DNA from: Takakia lepidozioides
Lineage: Eukaryota; Plantae; Bryophyta
Assembly (NCBI GenBank): GCA_030704615.1
Contig: CM060733.1
Span: 24,118,001 to 24,182,000, forward strand
Direction of reading: 5' to 3'
DNA length: 64,000 nt
The translations under genes and the position numbers were made by a program. Within the stretch, counting starts at the first letter, position 1, and every line of letters starts with the position of its first letter. This document shows positions 12,140 to 24,289 of the stretch, one piece after another. A model generated the notes under the pieces. The model ran no database searches. It was given only the letters and a program-made list of their open reading frames with translations, and was not told where the DNA came from.

Positions 12140-13615
12140 ATGGCGGCGGAGATGCTGAATCCACCTGAGAGAAGTTCGAGTTTTTCTCGACTTGGATCTC
12201 CACCAGAGCTAGTGGAGCAGAGGAGTGCGCTCTTGGAAGAGCGGAGGGTTGATGGAAGGGAGGAGCGGTGGAGTGGATGCTGCCAGGGCCGGTGGCATCC
12301 CCTGCTGGGGCTTGCCTGCAGTTTGGCTGTGGTCATAGGAGTCGTCTTCGCGCTCGGAGTGCACCGGGAGCATGCGTCGGTGGCGGGAGGTTGGGGTTTT
12401 TCGCGGCCGCTGCGAGTGCTGGATAAGCCTGTCATTATCCTCGTGTCCTCTGATGGATTTCGATGGGGTTACAACTGGAAAGCGCCCACACCGAATATTG
12501 ATCGGTTGCGGTTTAATGGGACGGAGGCAGAGTCTGGCATGATTCCTGTGTATCCTTCGATTACGTTTCCGAATCATTACTCGATTGTAACGGGACTCTA
12601 TCCTGCATGGCATGGGGTGATTGCCAACTCTTTCAGTGACCCTGACCCCGAGAGTACTGACCAGTTCTACATGTCGAACCACAACCCAAAGTGGTGGCTT
12701 GGGGAGCCCATCTGGGAGACTGTGGTGAAGCAAGGATTGCAGGCAGCCACTTATTTTTGGCCTGGGTCTGAGGTTTTCAAAGGACCCTGGACATGCTTAC
12801 GGCCTTACTGCCGGCATTACAATGAGTCGGTTCCTTTTGAGGAGCGTGTAGATACTGTGTTAAGTTATATGGATATGTCTCCTGCAGAGCGCCCCAGCAT
12901 TGTCACTCTTTATTTTGAGGCACCGGATCATCCAGGGCACGATACGGGGCCCGACGCCCCACAAATCACGGAGGCTGTCGTGCGCATTGATTCCATGATA
13001 GGTCGCCTGCTTGACGGGCTTGAGAGCCGGGGTGTGCTTGAAGATGTCACTGTTATGTTGGTAGGGGATCACGGAATGGTGGCCAATTGTGCAGACAAGA
13101 TGATCTACTTGGAGGATCTTTCACCATGGGTTGAACTTCCAGCAAAATGGATTGATTCATACAGCCCAGTGCTTGCAATAAGGCCACCACCGGATGTGGA
13201 TGTGAGGAGTGTCCTTGCCAATATAACAGAGGGGCTAGCATCTGGAAAAGTTCATAATGCTGAGTATCTGCAGGTCTACTTGAAGGAAGATTTACCACCT
13301 CGGCTGCACTACTCGGAAAGCCCAAGGATACAACCCATCATTGGCATGGTTGCAGAGGCTTACAAGGTGACAAGGAAAAGGTCCTTAACTGCACAGTGCG
13401 GGGGGTCACATGGCTATGACAATGCATTTCTTTCAATGCGAACTATATTTATTGCTTCAGGGCCTCAATTTGCAAGGGGTCGCAAGATTCCTTCCTTTGA
13501 GAACATCCAGCTTTATCATGTGATGACCTCAATTCTTGGTCTAGATCCGGCTCCCAACAATGGGACCATCTCGTTTGCAGAATCTATCCTTCTCCCTTCC
13601 AATCCCATTCTTTAA
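12140..13615 (+). CDS. Ectonucleotide pyrophosphatase/phosphodiesterase (NPP/ENPP, alkaline phosphatase superfamily), type II membrane anchor, intronless
   Basis: Motifs ILVSSDGFR, PSITFPNHYSIVTG (catalytic Thr), WWLGEPIW, PDHPGH, GDHGM and GSHGYDN, plus an N-terminal hydrophobic helix. Confidence 0.96.
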   Translation: MAAEMLNPPERSSSFSRLGSPPELVEQRSALLEERRVDGREERWSGCCQGRWHPLLGLACSLAVVIGVVFALGVHREHASVAGGWGFSRPLRVLDKPVIILVSSDGFRWGYNWKAPTPNIDRLRFNGTEAESGMIPVYPSITFPNHYSIVTGLYPAWHGVIANSFSDPDPESTDQFYMSNHNPKWWLGEPIWETVVKQGLQAATYFWPGSEVFKGPWTCLRPYCRHYNESVPFEERVDTVLSYMDMSPAERPSIVTLYFEAPDHPGHDTGPDAPQITEAVVRIDSMIGRLLDGLESRGVLEDVTVMLVGDHGMVANCADKMIYLEDLSPWVELPAKWIDSYSPVLAIRPPPDVDVRSVLANITEGLASGKVHNAEYLQVYLKEDLPPRLHYSESPRIQPIIGMVAEAYKVTRKRSLTAQCGGSHGYDNAFLSMRTIFIASGPQFARGRKIPSFENIQLYHVMTSILGLDPAPNNGTISFAESILLPSNPIL

Positions 13616-14406
13616 TTTGTGGCCATGCAACGGCAATTGTATATACATGCATCCATATGTGAGCAACTTGATCAAATTTTGAAGGTAATCTGGCTCTGTT
13701 GTAAGTCCAAAGAAACCCTATCTGAGACCTCTTGAGAAAGTTTTGTTTTAGTCCAGTGGTGAAGTTATTAGTTATCACCAGTGGCACGAGATAATTGGTG
13801 AACCTTTCAGGAAATATTGGAAGATCCCACACTTGAGCCCATTTTGATGCCGCGCAGGTTTCTCTTGAAATTTGGCATGCAGACGATATGCTTACTTTTG
13901 AGGGTTTGCAGTTGAATTCCGTGGATCGACATGTAAATGTATCACTGTATGCACAATTCAATCTCACAATCGCATTGTGAAGTCACCCAAACAAGAGAAC
14001 AGACCAGACCTCTTCATGCCTACCCTCCGTTCCAGGCTAGAGCAGTAGGGAAAAGCCGGGGATCGAGAGAACTATTATATTCCGAGTTACTCGTTTGCAA
14101 AATTTTGGATATGCTTAGCCATGTGTACAATTGTTCACTTGGAGTATGATTCATATGAAGGATAGATTCTGCAAACAAGATGGTCCCATTGATCATATGA
14201 TCCCAAACTGGGGGATGGTTTGTAGGATCAACAGAGGTTAGGCCTTCAAACCCACCGAGAACTTCAAACTCATGTCTTGAACGTTGGTACATCTCCTAGA
14301 TTTCCTGCCTCCAAATGTGAGTGTCACCTCTTCACTGGCAGATGTGTTCTGATGAAACTTCTCCAACAAAATTCTGGTGCTACATATTTTGCTGAAGGAT
14401 GTGGGT

Positions 14407-17220
14407 TCAAATAGCCTTCCCAGGATACACAGAGGATGGGGCCACAAGTGCAGGCTCAACAATGAAGCCAGCTCTTTGACATGCTTCCTCTAGATGCTTC
14501 ACCTGAAGAGGGCCCTGAGGACAAAAGGCCACCACTGCACCACCACTGCCTGTGAATTTGCATGCTGCACCCACACTGCGGGCCGTTTCCACCATGTCAA
14601 TGTTCATTTTGCCGAGGGCAGCATTGCCGAACATGCGCCTGCATAAGCACAAGTTGACAGCAATTGATACAGATCATGTTGAGTAAGGAGAGGAATGCAG
14701 AGGCATGCAGACTGACTGAAATGTTTCGAACTCGGCTACAAAAAACACATGTATGAAGAAAGAATCTGTGAGAAGGATCTAGGTGTAACTAAGATACTCC
14801 AATCGTTGGTATTTTTAAATCCTAAAGGATACCAAAATTGCCCCCTCCTTCTGTGGTGAACAACGTCCACAAACTGTGCTAACAAAAAAGAAGACAATAC
14901 TTGGAAGGCAACAAGACAGATAGTGACAAACCTCCGTAAATCAAAGTTTTGATTCATGAGTGTACCAAAGGTGGAATAATCCCGGGTCAGCAGAGCAGCA
15001 CACCCTCTCACAGCAAGATTGGCAACCTCTGTCATGCAACCTCGGACTAACTCATCGCCATCCAACCATCTCTTTCTAACTGTGCTGTGAACCTGCATCA
15101 TGTTTGGGGAAAATGTTGCACACGAAATCCAAAATACCACAATACAATATCGCACTCTGTTAGACAAGCAATCTCTGCTCAAAGACTTCAGAGCAAATCC
15201 TTGAGTGCGAATCCACCACCTCATCCATGAGATAATCATGCATTAAGTTAGGATGACATTTGGATGCAACTGTGCGAATTAAAAAGTGGGGTACAGACCT
15301 TGCCAGAGTCACTGGGATTCTTCGCATAGATCAGGTACAATGGTGGAAGTAGGCTGGGATCCATTGGTGTGTAGATGCCATTTCCAGTGCTCTCCAAGGA
15401 ATTTTGGTCAAAATCCTGCCAAAGGCAAGTCTGATATCTAATTACAGCAACCCCTTGACGTCAAACCCAGCCTGGAATATGTGTCACCAAGACATCGTCA
15501 ATATAAGGACTAACACCTGCATGCCATGTATGCCCCAGCTCCAAATGTCTGTTTCTAGAAGTTTGCTTTAGATGCATCTTCTCATGCTCAATGCTCACGC
15601 ATATCCCCTTCCCTTTGCATGTATGTCTATTCCACTTGTTGTACAATTTGAGGAGACTCCAATTAAAAGGAGCAGACTGAAAAGAGAACGATGAAGAGAA
15701 AAACTGGGGCACACCATGTACACAAGACCTCCATAGACTTGTGCCACGCGGTCTTGCAGACCTGCAGTTATGCCTAGCTCCTCTTCTGCATTCAAGATGA
15801 CTCTTGGCCTATCTTCCACCTTCATGCGGCCTCCAACGTCGTAGAACTCCAGCAAGCAATTCAAGCTTGCACACACTATTGCACTTGATCCTGAGAGCCC
15901 AGCCTGTTTTGCCAGGATAGAGAATCCATTGACAGTGATAGTTACCACAATGCTGACAGAGCTGCCAGACAGATACCTAATTCGAGAGATCCATTACAGG
16001 AAGGGAAAAGAGCAGCCTAAACATCGCTGGCATGGGCCAGGGGTTCTCTTTGAGGGCCTCCTGCTTCATCAACGGAGAAGCAACTTGTGCCATCAAGTGT
16101 TGTTGTTTCACCCCATATGACAAACCAACCTTTGCAACAGAATACACTCTGAGACACCATCTATTGCTGTAACTTCTGACCCTGCCATACATGCAGATTT
16201 GAAAGTAGACATACACAGCTTGTGCATAAGCTAAAAGGATCCTGTATTCAGCTGTTTCATCAACCTCAACAGATGATACACCCCGGAGTTGTATGACTAT
16301 TCTAGAATTAAAGAGTAAAAGAATAACCCAAATTGAAAGATTCCGACGTCAAGTGAAGAATGTATGTGAGGTGCACGAGTCTGCTCTCGTTTATGGTTTC
16401 CTCCTTAAACGTAGACTTTGTGAGAAGACAAGAAGTGGTATTTGACACTACGGGCCGCTTGGCTCTTCCACAGTTGGTCCGTCTTCCTCACTGATCTGTA
16501 AATCGACTTCATTCCCTCCTTCTGAGATGTGTGTCACTTTCATGTACTCCCTTTGCATTCTACCCTCCTCTTCTGAAACATAAAACAGATCCAAAGGTTC
16601 ATGGAGTACATACCTGTCTCGGAATAGTTGTATCATATGAAAGTGTGAAGTTGTGGTCATGCAGTGGTATATTGTGGGCTGTGCAGTAAGCATAAAACAC
16701 CTTGCATGATGCCACCAGCAAGCGCACGCCTCCATAGTAACCTTCTCCCTCTACGCGCTCCGCCTGCATACATAATCCCACAAGTTGGGCTTTTGGATAA
16801 TATCTGTTCTGCTACCCAAAAATGTACAAATTTGCAACGTAACATTTTGCTGGAGGTGAACAGAATGGCAGAAATCAACCAGAGGTGTGGATTCGAAACT
16901 TGAAAATACACCAGCGACAGGTAAAACTTGATTGAGAACTAAGATGATATGGAAATGAAATTACATGGAGAGGACAATGGAGATATAAAGCGCTGGATTT
17001 TCCTCACCAACTGCGGCAAAGAAGCAAATTGAGACGGATCGTGGAGCGGATGCGACAGAATGTTGAGTGTTTTGGAAGGTTGCAGGCACACAGAAGCCCA
17101 GAAATTAGATAAGGAAAAAGCCAGCGTGTGGCCGTAGTAAGCATCGCTAGGATTTCCGAGCAATCCAACTCGAGCATATGCCCGGTGCTCGATCTTCTTC
17201 TCCATGTTTGGACCCGCCAT
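14407..17220 (-). CDS. GlcAK: Glucuronokinase (GHMP kinase); exons 17220-17008, 16763-16614, 15903-15715, 15415-15299, 15092-14932, 14638-14407
   Basis: Motifs [25 protein letters not shown]|[28 protein letters not shown]|DF, NPSDSGK|VH and KFTGSGGA. Introns are GT-AG and in phase. Confidence 0.95.
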
Positions 17221-19189
17221 ATCCAGCTATCTTACTCACGGGTTCCAAGCAGGGTTCCCATTGGAAGTACACTTCCCAGAGACCCATAAGTTTTTCGCAA
17301 AAGATTAGAGGGATAGGAAAATGGTAAGGTCGGGCTTAATCGATTTCCCATCTAGCCTAAAACCCCCATTTTTGACACACTGTTTCTTTGCATTGAGTCT
17401 GGATCTCTTGTTGCGAAAGAAAATATAGCATCATCTAAACTTCTGTCGTCTTCTTTGCAATGTTTTTAAGCGTGTCTTGTTTCTTGCTCATATCAGGCAG
17501 GAAGATTATGAAATCTATTCTGCAAGCTTCCTGGGATCGGTGCTCCTGATTCTCCTGTCTCTGGCAGAATTTTGAAGGTTTCATGGAAAGTCTCTGTTTT
17601 ACCTTGGCCCTTACTACTGTATCTCCCACGATGCTAGTTAAGGACTTTGTGGCAAAGATCTCCATCGACCGAGCAAAGGCAAAGGTAGCCAGGAAGCATT
17701 TACATTTCCCTGTATCGAAATCTAGCTGCATTTTTCGCCTCTATTTGGATGCTGAATGTTGCGCCTGGATTTGAAGTTTCATGAAAGTAGACGCGTGATA
17801 TTGCAACATAACAAAAAGTGAAAAGGGATCCGTTGGTTTTTCTCTCAGAGTACTTCGCTGAATCTCACGACAGGAATGTGGGTTGCAAATCTGCTCAACC
17901 AAGCAGTTGTTTTGAAGAAAACAGACAACGACATAGAAACTAAGAATGAACACATGAATTTTATGGGTGAGGTGGGAGGATACTGACAGTGCTTGCCCAA
18001 TGGTTTTCTTTCCTAGAACTCAAAACGCTACAGACAGTGTCGGAAGTATCCATAGAGATTGACTCTGGACTATTCGTTTGTTGAATGCATTTTCTCGAAC
18101 TGTAACCTGAGCTCACTAATTGAAAACATTGTCTGGGTAATTTATGGACTCCAAGGCCAGCAATACTGGCCCTTTGCATCGCCCTTTGCAATACTGGTGA
18201 ATTGCAGAATATCTCAATCTCTTTTTGAGGGTGACAGCATGGGTATCCATCTAGAGCAACGTGTACATCTTTACACTAGAACAGCTCCTGCAGTATTCGA
18301 GCCTGGCCTACCCAACAAGGTGTACCAGAAAGAGAGAAGGCCTTCTAGAGGTGTTGGATTGACTTGAAAGATACAGCAGCAGCTTGGTAAGCAAGTTCTA
18401 CAGTAGAAAGGAACATTAGAGTTGTTAGCCTTTTCTGAAGAGCCGAGTTATAGCGGCTATGGGCACCCGTGCTTTCAGGAATCTGGACCATGTTTTTTAG
18501 TTTCTCTGCACATCTGGATGACCGTAACCACGGCAGCTTCAAGGAAGTTTCAAGGAGCATTTGAGCTCATGTATAACTGTTTTAGTGTTCTAATTCCATA
18601 CAGAAGGATCTGTAATGCCCAGCAGGTTTTCCCAGAATCTGAAATTAACCTCAAACTAACCCCTTCCCCCACCAGTGTTCTCAATGTGGGACATTTTCTT
18701 TTCATTCTCCAAAACCGTTGGAACTGTGTAACAATCCACATTGTCTATCACACATCTGTGAAAGATGAAAATCCACCACAATCTGTCTGCAAGCCACCAT
18801 GACCTGAACTTTAATAGGCATAGAAGGGAAACCACTTTCCAACTCGAGAGTCTCTAGAAAACATTGCCCCAAAAAAATATTAAATGATGATTGTCACCAT
18901 GGTCATGTAACAGAACCACCCACCTAAAGCTCCTCCTACATTATATATTGGTCAGCAAGGCTTGAATTCTCATTATTCACATTGTCTCGCACAGATCTGT
19001 GAAAGATGAAAGTCAACCAGAGTATACGACCTGAACTTCAATAGACAAGAAGGAAGACCATCTTCCCACTGAATCTCCTCCAAAATCTCGAAAGAGATTT
19101 GCTCCAAAAAGAATATGCATGATGATTCCAGCATCATCGTGTACAACAACCACCACCCTAAAAGCTCCTTCACCACGACATCTTGGTGA

Positions 19190-20230
19190 TCAAGGATTGA
19201 ATTCTCTCCAGGCTTCAATCCAAGCTTCCATGGAAGTCGCAAGTTCTTTGAAAAGTGGGTCAACAGCCCCTAGTTTCTTCTTCACTTGCTTCGCTACTTC
19301 TAAGTAACTATCCTCCACATCCAGAGCATTCTCTGATATTTGCAGGGACTGGAAGAAGGGGAAAATCTCTTTGTGCCCAATCTCGTTCCTCACAGGTGCC
19401 AATGCATCTCCTGTCTGATTGCGCCACACATAAGGTAAACCTGTTTTCACACCATAGCCAAAGACATCACAGATTACTTTGGAGCATAGCCCAGCCCAGA
19501 TGTCATCAAGGGTGTCCCAGCTGGCAGATTCTCCACTCCCCAGTTCCACCTGTCCTGAAAACATGGCAGGACCTATCAACTTCCTGTTGAAGGCCAGATT
19601 GATGCCGCTCATAGGAAACAGAGAGTTCTTAGGAACTGTGATCACTGCATCCACAAACGTGTCATTGCGTTCATGGGGTTTCGAAGTCAGTGTTGGAGCA
19701 TCGTAATCGGGCACATTAAGCCACAGTCCATGAGAGATGGCAGTTTCAACACCTTCTCTCAAGCTGAAAGGATAGCCCCGCACGAAATCAGTGCTCTCTC
19801 TGTATGGATCATACAAAGTGTTGAAGAAATAGGGCGTGGACGGATTCTTCAGATTGGTGACATGCTCCTCTATAGGATGGATTGCGAGCCCCTTTGGATT
19901 TTGGGCAGGCACGCAGTCGTCGTCGAACGTGTAGATGTAAGGTTTCTTGGAGACCAAGTAGCCAAAACACTTACAACTGTTACCCTTGAAGCTCAGCAAT
20001 GCCGACAGCTTGGCCCCCAAAAGCCTCTTGATGTCAGTTGGGGTGTAAACATCCGCATCAAAACCTGGTGGAACTTGCAGTGCTACATCCAGATCATTAG
20101 CCTGAACAACGATCAAGTGAAAAGGTTCCAACATGGGGCGCCACGCTTCCAGAAAACTCAAATCTGGCCGTAATGCTGCAATCACAACATCCACCTCATT
20201 TGGATCCATTTCATACACAAAGGTTCCCAT
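19190..20230 (-). CDS. RGP: Reversibly glycosylated polypeptide / UDP-arabinopyranose mutase (GT75), RGP5/UAM2-like N-terminus, intronless CDS
   Basis: Motifs YTFDDDC, PSTPYFFNTLYDPYR, DFVRGYPFSLREG, HGLWLNVPDYDAPT and GVKTGLPY. Confidence 0.95.
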   Translation of the reverse strand: MGTFVYEMDPNEVDVVIAALRPDLSFLEAWRPMLEPFHLIVVQANDLDVALQVPPGFDADVYTPTDIKRLLGAKLSALLSFKGNSCKCFGYLVSKKPYIYTFDDDCVPAQNPKGLAIHPIEEHVTNLKNPSTPYFFNTLYDPYRESTDFVRGYPFSLREGVETAISHGLWLNVPDYDAPTLTSKPHERNDTFVDAVITVPKNSLFPMSGINLAFNRKLIGPAMFSGQVELGSGESASWDTLDDIWAGLCSKVICDVFGYGVKTGLPYVWRNQTGDALAPVRNEIGHKEIFPFFQSLQISENALDVEDSYLEVAKQVKKKLGAVDPLFKELATSMEAWIEAWREFNP

Positions 20231-20829
20231 CCTCTCTCAAGGAAAGGGTCAACAAGGTGATGCGCAGTACCTCCGACTCACAGCCCACACTCAATCAACG
20301 AGATATGCGTTAGAACCTCGTTTGTCGAGCTGCATTTCCTCCACAGATATCTAATTCCTGAATACCTGTAGATCACATTCACTCCCTGTATCCCTGCTGC
20401 TTGGACCGCGTTATCTCTCTCTCTCCCCCCCTCTCTCTCTCAACCGGATACAAACTCCCTCGGCTTCTATAATGTCTGTGGTTCTCTTGCAATGTGCAGA
20501 CCTCTCTGACTCAACACACACAACCCGCCTCGTACTCTTGTCCAGCAGGTGAGGTGCAGGCCTCCATTAGAGCGAGGTCGTAGATCCAGATGCAAGCAGC
20601 GGCACGCAGGCAGCACTAACGATGGCCCAATGGCAGCCTCGGCTCTTGTTCACTAACGCACTTCTTTGCCGAGCAACGATCACCATACTTACTTAGCCGA
20701 GAAGCTGTGCAGTCAGAGGCAGCCCTTCCAACACCTGGCTCCTCAACACATTCCAACTTGGAACGGTTTTCCTATGTATTTGTCTCTACTATAAATACTA
20801 GAAGCAATTTAGCAAAACAATTAAATTTT

Positions 20830-22684
20830 GCGGAAACAATTTGAATCAAGGACAATCTGTCTGTAATTGACCAATAAAGGGAATTACCTCCAGGAAGATA
20901 CGAAGATACTTCTTTCTGTAATTATTCATCTAACTGAGAATGTGTATTGTAGACTGATCTTCTGTTAATTGTTTTGCTTAAACAATTTGTATCAAGGACA
21001 ATCTGTCTGTGATTGACCAATAAATGGAATTACCTCCAGGCAGATACTTCTTTCTGTAGTTATTCATCTAACTGAGAATGTGTATTGTAGACTGATCTTC
21101 TGTTAATTGTTTTGCTTAAACAATTTGTATCAAGGACAATCTGTCTGTGATTGACCAATAAAGGAATTACCTCCAGGCAGATACTCTTTTCTGTAATTAT
21201 TCATCTAACTGAGAATGTGTATTGTAGACTGATCTTCTGTTAATTGTTTTGCTTAAACAATTTGTATCAAGGACAATCTGTCTGTGATTGACCAATAAAG
21301 GGAATTACCTCCATGAAGATACCTCTTCTGTAATTATCATCTAACTGAGAATGGTGTTTGTAGACTGATCTTCTGTTGATTGTTTTGCTAACAATTTGTA
21401 TCAAAGACAATCTGTCTGTGATTGACCAAAAGGGAAACCTCCATGAAGATAATTCTCTGTATTATTCATCTAACTGAGCATGTGTATTGTAGGATCTTCT
21501 GTGATTGTTTTGCTAAAACAATTTGAATCAGGACAATCTGTCTGTGATTGACCAATAAAGGGAATTACCTCCATGAAGATAATTCTTTCTGTAATTATTC
21601 ATCTAACTGAGCATGTGTATTGTAGACTGATCTTCTGTTGATTGTTTTGCTAAAACAATTTGAATCAAGGACAATCTGTCTGTGATTGACCAATAAAGGG
21701 AATTACCTCCATGAAGATAATTCTTTCTGTAATTATTCATCTAACTGAGCATGTGTATTGTAGACTGATCTTCTGTTGATTGTTTTGCTAAAACAATTTG
21801 AATCAAGGACAATCTGTCTGTGATTGACCAATAAAGGGAATTACCTCCATGAAGATAATTCTTTCTGTAATTATTCATCTAACTGAGCATGTGTATTGTA
21901 GACTGATCTTCTGTTAATTGTTTTGCTAAAACAATTTGAATCAAGGACATCTGTCTGTAATTGACCAATAAAGAGCCTCCATGAAGATAATTCTTTCTGT
22001 AATTATTTATCTAACTGAGCATGTGTATTGTAGACTGATCTCTGTTAATTGTTTTGCTAAAACAATTTAGGACTATCTGTCTGTAATTGACCAATAAAGA
22101 GAATTGCCTCCATGAAGATAATTCTTTCTGTAATTATTTATCTAACTGAGCATGTGTATTGTAGACTGATCTTCTGTTAATTGTTTTGCTAAAACAATTT
22201 AGGACTATCTGTCTGTAATTGACCAATAAAGAGAATTGCCTCCATGAAGATAATTCTTTCTGTAATTATTTATCTAACTGAGCATGGTTTGTATTCTGTT
22301 AATTGTTTTGCTAAAACAATTAGAACTATCTGTCTGTAATTACCAATAAAGAGAATTGCCTCCATGAAGATAATTGTATTATTCTAACTGAGCATGTGTA
22401 TTGTAGACTGTTTTTCTGTAATTGTTTTGCTAAAACAATTTAGGACTATCTGTCTGTAATTGACCAATAAAGAGAATTGCCTCCATGAAGATAATTCTTT
22501 CTGTAATTATTCATCTAACTGAGCATGTGTATTGTAGACTGATCTTCTGTTAATTGTTTTGCTAAAACAATTTAGAACTATCTGTCTGTAATTGACCAAT
22601 AAAGAGAATTGCCTCCATGAAGATAATTCTTTCTGTAATTATTCATCTAACTGAGCATGTGTATTGTAGACTGATCTTCTGTTT
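20830..22684. repeat. AT-rich tandem satellite, ~138-bp unit (132 bp in distal copies), ~13-14 copies
   Basis: The unit AAACAATTTGAATCAAGGACAATCTGTCTGTGATTGACCAATAAAGGGAATTACCTCC...GATCTTCTGTT recurs at about 21653, 21791 and 21929, among others. Confidence 0.97.
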
Positions 22685-22984
22685 TGATATCTCTCAACAG
22701 ACTTCCCGAAGGAAGCGTAAATTATGATGACTCTTGACCCTGAAGGGTTACTGTTCCGGTTCCGGTGGGAAGGTGGACACTACATACCTTTGTGACACCA
22801 ATTGGTGGATAGAACCCACAACCACTGCGGAGGTCGTATGTGCCCATTACCACTGTTGGTTGTCTAGTGCCCACAACCCGCCATGATTCGTGATTCATTC
22901 AGCCCACCACGCTTCTTATAGCCGCGATGTTCGAGTGGGGTTTTTTCGTAGGAAATCTGAATGATGTCCAGCATCTGCAAATCA

Positions 22985-23335
22985 TATATAACCATGGATT
23001 TCCCAATTGATTTGGATCTTTGATAATCCATCCCGCTATTTCAAAAAAGAACTTAGTACCCATCCTACAACCGGATGAAATTGTCCCGATTTCAGTCCAA
23101 CAAAACAGTAGGAAGAGGGGAAGAGATTTGTGTATGCATTTTATGCTTGCGCCACATCTGTGCACGGTTGAGCAGATACAAAGACAAACGTATTTTTTTG
23201 CTACACCGGCTCTGTACTTGATATATTCATCTAGCCCGTCCTGCATATCTTATGTAGTGACATTGCAATGCACAAATTGGAAATCTGGTTCGTCAATGTC
23301 CTTCAAACAATACTCCACTATTCCAACAAAACCGC
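22985..23335 (-). mobile_element. Degenerate Replitron (HUH rolling-circle transposon) Rep C-terminal remnant
   Basis: Reads FVGIVEYCLKDIDEPDFQFVHCNVTT*DMQDGLDEYIKY...SGQFHPVVGWV...GMDYQRSKS. This matches my recollection of bryophyte Replitron Rep (GYCxKD motif 3, HFxFVHxNV, SGQFYP, GMD). It has stops and frameshifts, and the HUH motif is not seen. Confidence 0.65.
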
Positions 23336-24289
23336 AAACCGCAAGAGGCTATGTCCATTGAAGCAACAATTTTTGATAAGCTGCCACGTCATTTATACTT
23401 GAGAGCTTTTTTAGATGAATCATACTCTTGACACATTGTAAGGTGACCACATTTTCTCCATTAACTTCAACATGATGCCTAGGGTTGGCTTCTCACAGTT
23501 CTCTCTCAGACACCGACGGTAGATTTTATTTTATTTTATTTTTTTCCGTGTCTTCAAGCGCCTTCGGCCTTCGTTCGTAAAAAAAAAAAAAATACGATGA
23601 ATTAGAGCGGCCCACCGTTTGGGGGTTGGTTGAACGTGAGCACACCTATGAGTTGCACGGCCGTGAGCAGCCTTTTTTTTTTTCATTTATGAAGTTTCAC
23701 ATACATGGCTACAGTCAGCAAGCTCCTTGAACCTGAATTTGCGATTATATTCAAAAAAATTGGTGCAACAGCTGACAAGAGAGAGAGATGACTCCGGCCT
23801 AGGCCGGCGTAACTAAGAGCCACTTGGCCTTGCGGCTACAGCCCCTTTTCAGGGGTGGGCAGCAATACTTAAATTCAGGTTGAGTTTGGTGAAGTGTGAA
23901 ACCAAATAGTAATTTTTGATGGCGACACTCTGACTTTTAGGATACAAAATTTGTGGCTCCAATATTGGAATTTCAATAGCATAGTGGCTACTACATGATA
24001 CTTTGAATAGAAATATATGCTCCATGGCCAGATAAAGGAGAGGTAATTGGCAAAAACCTCAAATTCGAAGTTTTCCTTTAAAACATCATTCAAATCTTTA
24101 ACACGATGTAAAAAAGGTCTACCATTTCATGAGGCTCAATGGATGATGGAAACAAAACATCCAATTGTCCAAAGTAGTAACTTATTAGAACCAGAAAGTT
24201 GAAGACTGCCTGATGATAACTACATACTTGCAAAACTTCTCAAATAGTCACTCCATATCGCGTGCAGTCAAGACCGTTGACCCACTGCT

